Below, piece by piece: positions 1 to 6,112 of a DNA stretch of 27,711 nt; within the stretch, counting starts at the first letter, position 1, and each line of letters starts with the position of its first letter. The position numbers and the translations under genes are program-made. The notes beneath the pieces were generated by a model. The model did no database searches and was not told the origin of the DNA. It saw nothing but the letters and a program-made list of their open reading frames with translations. The stretch comes from Caecitellus pseudoparvulus (Eukaryota; Protista; Bigyra: Bicosoecida): NCBI GenBank assembly GCA_965644315.1, contig CBFFRQ010000140.1, forward strand, positions 1 through 27,711, in the 5' to 3' direction.

Positions 1-2153
1 AACCCTAACCCTAACCCTAACCCTAACCCTAACCCTAACCCTAACCCTAACCCTAACCCTAACCCTAACCCTAACCCTAACCCTAACCCTAACCCTAACC
101 CTAACCCTAACCCTAACCCTAACCCTAACCCTAACCCTAACCCTAACCCTAACCCTAACCCTAACCCTAACCCTAACCCTAACCCTAACCCTAACCCTAA
201 CCCTAACCCTAACCCTAACCCTAACCCTAACCCTAACCCTAACCCTAACCCTAACCCTAACCCTAACCCTAACCCTAACCCTAACCCTAACCCTAACCCT
301 AACCCTAACCCTAACCCTAACCCTAACCCTAACCCTAACCCTAACCCTAACCCTAACCCTAACCCTAACCCTAACCCTAACCCTAACCCTAACCCTAACC
401 CTAACCCTAACCCTAACCCTAACCCTAACCCTAACCCTAACCCTAACCCTAACCCTAACCCTAACCCTAACCCTAACCCTAACCCTAACCCTAACCCTAA
501 CCCTAACCCTAACCCTAACCCTAACCCTAACCCTAACCCTAACCCTAACCCTAACCCTAACCCTAACCCTAACCCTAACCCTAACCCTAACCCTAACCCT
601 AACCCTAACCCTAACCCTAACCCTAACCCTAACCCTAACCCTAACCCTAACCCTAACCCTAACCCTAACCCTAACCCTAACCCTAACCCTAACCCTAACC
701 CTAACCCTAACCCTAACCCTAACCCTAACCCTAACCCTAACCCTAACCCTAACCCTAACCCTAACCCTAACCCTAACCCTAACCCTAACCCTAACCCTAA
801 CCCTAACCCTAACCCTAACCCTAACCCTAACCCTAACCCTAACCCTAACCCTAACCCTAACCCTAACCCTAACCCTAACCCTAACCCTAACCCTAACCCT
901 AACCCTAACCCTAACCCTAACCCTAACCCTAACCCTAACCCTAACCCTAACCCTAACCCTAACCCTAACCCTAACCCTAACCCTAACCCTAACCCTAACC
1001 CTAACCCTAACCCTAACCCTAACCCTAACCCTAACCCTAACCCTAACCCTAACCCTAACCCTAACCCTAACCCTAACCCTAACCCTAACCCTAACCCTAA
1101 CCCTAACCCTAACCCTAACCCTAACCCTAACCCTAACCCTAACCCTAACCCTAACCCTAACCCTAACCCTAACCCTAACCCTAACCCTAACCCTAACCCT
1201 AACCCTAACCCTAACCCTAACCCTAACCCTAACCCTAACCCTAACCCTAACCCTAACCCTAACCCTAACCCTAACCCTAACCCTAACCCTAACCCTAACC
1301 CTAACCCTAACCCTAACCCTAACCCTAACCCTAACCCTAACCCTAACCCTAACCCTAACCCTAACCCTAACCCTAACCCTAACCCTAACCCTAACCCTAA
1401 CCCTAACCCTAACCCTAACCCTAACCCTAACCCTAACCCTAACCCTAACCCTAACCCTAACCCTAACCCTAACCCTAACCCTAACCCTAACCCTAACCCT
1501 AACCCTAACCCTAACCCTAACCCTAACCCTAACCCTAACCCTAACCCTAACCCTAACCCTAACCCTAACCCTAACCCTAACCCTAACCCTAACCCTAACC
1601 CTAACCCTAACCCTAACCCTAACCCTAACCCTAACCCTAACCCTAACCCTAACCCTAACCCTAACCCTAACCCTAACCCTAACCCTAACCCTAACCCTAA
1701 CCCTAACCCTAACCCTAACCCTAACCCTAACCCTAACCCTAACCCTAACCCTAACCCTAACCCTAACCCTAACCCTAACCCTAACCCTAACCCTAACCCT
1801 AACCCTAACCCTAACCCTAACCCTAACCCTAACCCTAACCCTAACCCTAACCCTAACCCTAACCCTAACCCTAACCCTAACCCTAACCCTAACCCTAACC
1901 CTAACCCTAACCCTAACCCTAACCCTAACCCTAACCCTAACCCTAACCCTAACCCTAACCCTAACCCTAACCCTAACCCTAACCCTAACCCTAACCCTAA
2001 CCCTAACCCTAACCCTAACCCTAACCCTAACCCTAACCCTAACCCTAACCCTAACCCTAACCCTAACCCTAACCCTAACCCTAACCCTAACCCTAACCCT
2101 AACCCTAACCCTAACCCTAACCCTAACCCTAACCCTAACCCTAACCCCTAACC
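1..2153. repeat. Terminal telomere array (CCCTAA)n / (TTAGGG)n, about 358 units, left chromosome end
   Basis: Uninterrupted CCCTAA hexamers from base 1, with a single CCCCTAA variant just before the junction at 2153/2154. The C-rich strand on + means the chromosome end lies to the left. Confidence 0.99.
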
Positions 2154-2182
2154 GGCAATCTGCAATGCATTGAGTAGCTAAC
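2154..2182 (+). repeat. 29-bp direct repeat, 5' copy (GGCAATCTGCAATGCATTGAGTAGCTAAC)
   Basis: Identical to 5082-5110; contains the palindrome CAATGCATTG (2163-2172). Confidence 0.97.
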
Positions 2183-2405
2183 TTTCCAAATGTCAAGCTA
2201 ATCACAAGTTGTGAAGTGCTAACATTGCCTAATCCAGGCGCTCGTGCACCCAAGTGTGGTGTTGCACAGTGCTTGCTGGTTGGGTGGTGCGCACCGGGGC
2301 GGGGTAGTGCGAATTCCGCACACCATCGCACCGTGGCTCCCAGTTTGCGCCCTCGGTCGGGGCATGCACCTGGGATCGACATCAAAAGCATCATTGACAA
2401 GCATC

Positions 2406-4490
2406 ATGAACGCCCAAGTGGATCAAGTCCTGGGGGTCCTCTTCGTGGAGGGGTGCCTGAAGCGCAAGCAAGTGCTCGGCCCCAGAACAGGTGTCTTCAC
2501 TGACATGCCACGTCGGGGTGCCGCACGCACCTTCGAGCTTGGAGGACCCCTGCCCAAGACTGATCATGATAGTTCATCTTCGGCACGGGACATGTGGCTC
2601 GAGGTCTATGGGGAAGCCGCCGAACGGCTGATCCCAGGGCTGAGTGCGGAATTCGGCAACGCCAATGCGGCCCTGCGCCAGGGACCCACCGGATCGCCAA
2701 CCATCCTCGTCACGCTCGGAAGTGAGGGTGATTCACCAACAGTGGCACGTCAACTTCGCATTCTTGCTGCTCAAGAGGACGACTTCGCCATTCGAGTCGG
2801 CCAAGGTGGGTTCGTCGCCGTGGCCTACACCAACACCAAGCAGTTCGCATCGGCGAAGGCGAAAGTGAAGGTGAAGGCCCACCCCACCGCCATCCAAGTG
2901 GCCCACCAAGTGACCAAGGAAGCAACCGAAATCGCCTGCCAGTCAGGTGATGTTGCCAAGGTCATGTGCCTCGTTAGGTCCCACTTCGACCATGGCCCCG
3001 TGCCAGCCCAAGCCGTCCGTCCCAGTGTCAGACAATCCGTCCCCTCCGAGGGTGATGCACCTGTCGACACCAAGACACCATCGACCTGGACTGACACTCA
3101 GCTCGACAAGGCACCGAAGAAGAAGAAGACCCGTCGAGGCAAGCGAGGAAAGGGCAAGTCAGCCGGACGATCCCTCACCTTCGAGGACGTCTTCATCAAG
3201 AACGTCCGGCCACCTGCACCTCGACCAACCTCACCACCTGCCACCCAAGGCTCACCCAAAGATACCGTCACCACCCCTGTGGTGCATGCCATGTTGCCTT
3301 CATCAAGGGTGCAGCGGGGCGTCGACCGCAAGTGGCCGTCCCCCACCCCGTCGGGCGAGGCAAGCCCCGAGGTGCACCGGTATCGGCCGTCTGCAGCAGC
3401 AGCATGGGAGGTGATCACAAGGGTGGTGCCTCTTCATGACAGTGTGCGGACACCCGAGCACCTGGCCGAGTACCCCATCAAGCCTGGCCCTCTGGCCGAC
3501 CTGCTGTCATCGACCCACGTGTACTCTAACGTGGGGGGGCGGGCCTGTGTCCAGGCCTGTCTCGAGACGGCAGCAGGGGAGAGGGTCTTCGAGGCTGGGG
3601 ACCTCCTCCTACTCCAGCATGCAGCCACCATCAACGCTGCCCAGCTTGCCTTCAAGCACATGGTCAGGCAGCTGGAGGGGGTGGTCAGTGACTCGTCCAG
3701 CTCGGACATCATGGACGTCGGCCAGAAGCCACCCTCCCCCTTCCGCTCAGACGGGCAACGGGTGGCCGTCTTCCGCAACATGCTGCACCAGCACTCGCCG
3801 GATGACACCTTCCTGGCCCCAGGTACACCACCAGTCCTGCTTCCCGGCCTGCACCTGCTCATCGACCGCATCAACCAAGGGTACCGTGCCCCAGCCGGGC
3901 ATGATGACCTTGGCCAGGCCGGCGTCGACCCCAGCCAGGTTGATGAAGAGGGTGACCAAGAGGGGCACCTCGACGGAGTGCTGTATGCCTTCGCACTTCG
4001 AGAGGTGTGGACCGACAACACGGCCCATCTGCAGCTCATCCTCGTCGACCATGATCGAGGCAAGCTGGTGCTGTGGAACCCCGACATCCCTGACCTCCAT
4101 GACGAGCTGCCCCTGCACAAGTGCATGACCCGGCTGGCAGCCGAAGGCATCAACGTCTTGTACCGGATCTGGACCACACCCGAGGCGGGCAGTCCAGCAC
4201 CCTTCCGGGACAGGCTTCGAGGGGCACTCCAGTCTCTCCGAGATGACTTCCCCCCCCTGCCTCACAAGGCCACCGACGGCACCGTGCACCCCCAGACCCT
4301 CATCGCTGGCAAGGGCACAAGGGTGGCCATGCCTCATGGGCGGATGACCCGACAGCAGGCCGCCACCCTGGAGGCTGAGGTCAAGGACCCCCTCAAGCGG
4401 CTGGTGCCTGAAGACGGCGAGGGTCGCCTGCCCAAGGTCAAGGATGTGCCCCACATCTCGATCGGGCAGATGGGTGGACGCCTGATGTAA
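2406..4490 (+). CDS. Element-encoded protein (~694 aa from ATG 2406; alternative ATG 2364): possible OB fold, basic NLS-like patch, Pro-rich linker, possible papain-like cysteine protease domain
   Basis: Open frame 2244-4490 (the track start at 2244 is GTG; in-frame ATGs at 2364 and 2406) with strongly G/C-ending codons after 2406. KKKKTRRGKRGKGK at 3117-3158. Domain calls are motif-level inference only. Confidence 0.8.
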   Translation: MNAQVDQVLGVLFVEGCLKRKQVLGPRTGVFTDMPRRGAARTFELGGPLPKTDHDSSSSARDMWLEVYGEAAERLIPGLSAEFGNANAALRQGPTGSPTILVTLGSEGDSPTVARQLRILAAQEDDFAIRVGQGGFVAVAYTNTKQFASAKAKVKVKAHPTAIQVAHQVTKEATEIACQSGDVAKVMCLVRSHFDHGPVPAQAVRPSVRQSVPSEGDAPVDTKTPSTWTDTQLDKAPKKKKTRRGKRGKGKSAGRSLTFEDVFIKNVRPPAPRPTSPPATQGSPKDTVTTPVVHAMLPSSRVQRGVDRKWPSPTPSGEASPEVHRYRPSAAAAWEVITRVVPLHDSVRTPEHLAEYPIKPGPLADLLSSTHVYSNVGGRACVQACLETAAGERVFEAGDLLLLQHAATINAAQLAFKHMVRQLEGVVSDSSSSDIMDVGQKPPSPFRSDGQRVAVFRNMLHQHSPDDTFLAPGTPPVLLPGLHLLIDRINQGYRAPAGHDDLGQAGVDPSQVDEEGDQEGHLDGVLYAFALREVWTDNTAHLQLILVDHDRGKLVLWNPDIPDLHDELPLHKCMTRLAAEGINVLYRIWTTPEAGSPAPFRDRLRGALQSLRDDFPPLPHKATDGTVHPQTLIAGKGTRVAMPHGRMTRQQAATLEAEVKDPLKRLVPEDGEGRLPKVKDVPHISIGQMGGRLM

Positions 4491-4814
4491 GTCACCTGTG
4501 GGGGCATACTCCCTGTGCCACACATGACTGAAGCTTTGTGTCGCGACCGACGCACATAGCTGACATCGGACATTGGAAAGTCCAACCCAACCTCACCATC
4601 ACCAACCCAACATCGATACCAACACATCAGGACTCGGCTCAGTGGAAGGGGAAGGCACTTGCAGCAAGATCTGTGAGGCCGCCCCCAAACCTGAGCCGAA
4701 GGGACAGCCGGGCTGGGTCGTGTGCTTGCATCTCAGCAACACCCAGTCCGTGTCGAGTCCATATCCTCCAGCCCACACCGCCACCCAAGCCAAGCAAGTC
4801 GGGTCTCCACCCCT

Positions 4815-4895
4815 GGACATCGGACCGAGACGGACGAGACTGGACTGGACGGACAAGACAAGAGTGGACCGAGACCTGGACCTACACCTCAAGAC
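4815..4895 (+). repeat. Cluster of 13 RGAC (GGAC/AGAC) motifs
   Basis: GGACATCGGACCGAGACGGACGAGACTGGACTGGACGGACAAGACAAGAGTGGACCGAGACCTGGACC...AAGAC; GGACCGAGAC occurs twice (4822, 4866). Confidence 0.8.
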
Positions 4896-4897
4896 CA

Positions 4898-5110
4898 TCC
4901 CACCGGGGCGGGCGCTGAAGCGCCAAGACAGACGGCGACTTATACAACGGACACGAGTCTGTGCTAGTCGCAAAGCCGTGCAAGCGGTGCCGTCGTGGTG
5001 TCTGTGTCACTGCATTCTGTTGTGGCGCAGGTGGCACCACATGTCCAAGCCCAAGCTGTACCATGATGTAGCCTGCATGGAGGCAATCTGCAATGCATTG
5101 AGTAGCTAAC
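4898..5110 (+). repeat. 3' tail of unit 1, diverged homolog of 5753-5964
   Basis: Colinear by-eye alignment, e.g. GGCGACTTATACAACGGACACGAGTCTGTGCTAGTCGCA vs GGTGACCTCTACAACGGTCGCAAGACTGTGTTGGTTGCA, and TGCAATGCATTGAGTAGCTAAC vs TGCAATGCATTGAACAGCTAAC. Confidence 0.9.
5082..5110 (+). repeat. 29-bp direct repeat, 3' copy, overlapping the internal telomere tract
   Basis: Identical to 2154-2182; the last 5 nt (CTAAC) are the first telomeric repeat. Confidence 0.97.
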
Positions 5111-5148
5111 CCTAACCCTAACCCCCTAACCCCTAACCCTAACCCTAA
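5106..5148. repeat. Internal telomeric tract (~7 units, with CCCCCTAA/CCCCTAA variants); probable former chromosome end
   Basis: CTAACCCTAACCCTAACCCCCTAACCCCTAACCCTAACCCTAA, in the same orientation as the terminal array. Confidence 0.95.
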
Positions 5149-5965
5149 GGGCAGTAGCAGGCTTACGTTTGTCGTGGTGACAACCACGGTCACCCTCCTG
5201 CGAAGCAGCGCCCCTGCTGAAGCTCCCCCTGATGATTGACGAATAGCTCTGCGAAAGGAGGAGAAATTGCTGAACGAATGGTCCACGGGCACTTACCTGA
5301 CGATGATGGAGCCTCCTGAAGTCCTCGAAGAAGCCCTGCGGCAACGCGGGTGGAACAAGCCGTGCTTGACGTACGGACGTCCCACGCGCGGCGCCGCAGG
5401 CATAGACTCACCGGCTCCGGACTCAGCATCCAAGTGCAAGAGAAGTTTGACCTTGATATGAAGAAAGTATCCTGTGGAAGGGAAGGGGTGCTGCGGCGCG
5501 CACTCGTGCGCCAGGCGGTCCCTCCGCTGCCGCGGCGTTTCGAGCGAAACGCCACAGCAGCACCCCTCCCTCACAACGGCCTGCAGTTGCCCCGCAAGGT
5601 TCTCTCGCGGCAGCAGGCATGTCGAAGGCAACAAGCATGAAGAATGGTGCAGAGAAGTGAGTTGGATTATGATGTGAAGTGCTGATTGACGAGCGCGCCA
5701 CCTGGATGAACTCTCTGTGGTGTGGTTCAAGCTGGCCAAGGACGGGACTTTCTCCCCTTGGGGCGGGCGTAGGACACGCCCTAGCTAGCGGTGACCTCTA
5801 CAACGGTCGCAAGACTGTGTTGGTTGCAGATCCACGCAAGTGGAAGCCGCTGTGGCGCTTCTGCAGTGCATTCGTGCACGGCAGCGAGCGCCGCATGTGA
5901 CGCCCAAGCCGAACCGCGCAAGTTGCAAGCGTGGAGGTGAAGTGCAATGCATTGAACAGCTAACC
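5149..5965 (+). mobile_element. 5'-truncated, decayed relative of unit 1 (unit 2) containing a broken ORF remnant ending at TGA 5898-5900
   Basis: Capped by the telomere tract at its 5' side; shares the 3' tail and AGCTAAC terminus with unit 1. Protein-like fragments lie in different frames (RIALRKEEKLLNEW...EVLEEALRQRGW; QEKFDLDMKKV...; GDLYNGRKTVLVADPRKWKPLWRF...RRM*), separated by stops and frameshifts. Confidence 0.65.
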
Positions 5966-5967
5966 TG

Positions 5968-5991
5968 CGCGGAACTCCCCGGAGTTCCGCG
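5968..5991. repeat. Perfect 11-bp inverted repeat (CGCGGAACTCC-cc-GGAGTTCCGCG)
   Basis: Arms 5968-5978 and 5981-5991 are exact reverse complements; starts 3 nt after the unit 2 terminus. Confidence 0.9.
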
Positions 5992-6014
5992 TGCTCGGTC
6001 AAGTCAGCGATCTG

Positions 6015-6112
6015 CTGGAAAGGAGTCAGTCAGAGTGATGCGACAGGCGCGCAGCGCGGTCGCAGCAACGATGGCAGCGCAATCAATGCATTCCAGTTGC
6101 AGCTCAACTTAC
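6015..6112 (-). other. Candidate 98-nt spliceosomal intron at the 3' end of the giant gene
   Basis: Minus strand reads TT|GTAAGT (overlapping the TAA stop) ... CTGACTGAC TCCTTTC CAG|CAG: donor, branch-like CTGAC, pyrimidine tract and acceptor. Splicing gives ...VAFRSLT* (stop 5999-6001). Confidence 0.5.

Larger units (their letters stand above)
2154..5110 (+). mobile_element. Putative telomere-attached, non-autonomous retroelement (unit 1, ~2.96 kb)
   Basis: Telomeric repeats on both sides and an exact 29-bp terminal direct repeat. The 3' end ...GTAGCTAAC is in register with the downstream CCTAACCC tract. One intact ORF points away from the chromosome end, and the 3' ~210 bp are homologous to unit 2. 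No RT motif seen. Confidence 0.75.

Noticed and set aside
1-2153. CRISPR array or other prokaryotic repeat system
   Set aside because: Pure hexamer with no spacers; the context is a eukaryotic telomere.
2154-2236. HDV-like ribozyme at the element 5' end (GGCAAT pairs with ATTGCC; GCTAA motifs)
   Set aside because: Could not build the P1.1/P2/P3 nested pseudoknot; no GG follows the putative P1 3' strand.
4573-5109. 178-aa ORF as an independent ORF2
   Set aside because: It has a TTG start, runs through low-complexity repeats, and is out of frame with the codon-conserved GDLYNG block. Only its last ~26 codons matter, as a possible spliced exon.
2154-5110. LTR retrotransposon, DIRS/Ngaro, Helitron or DNA transposon interpretation
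   Set aside because: The repeat is only 29 bp with no TG...CA, PBS or PPT. No RT, integrase, tyrosine recombinase, Rep/helicase or transposase motifs, and no TIRs.
5229-5256. Hammerhead-like CTGATGA...GAAA in unit 2 (also CTGACGA at 5297)
   Set aside because: The intervening sequence cannot form stem II, and no stem I/III pairing or NUH site is evident.
5474-5677. CCHC zinc-knuckle-like C..C....ET...H.....C of non-LTR ORF2
   Set aside because: Spacing is irregular and an overlapping frame looks at least as protein-like; not supportable.
6084-6092. Partial fourth copy of the terminal palindrome (CAATGCATT)
   Set aside because: Only 9 bp and lacks the AGCTAAC end; compatible with chance.
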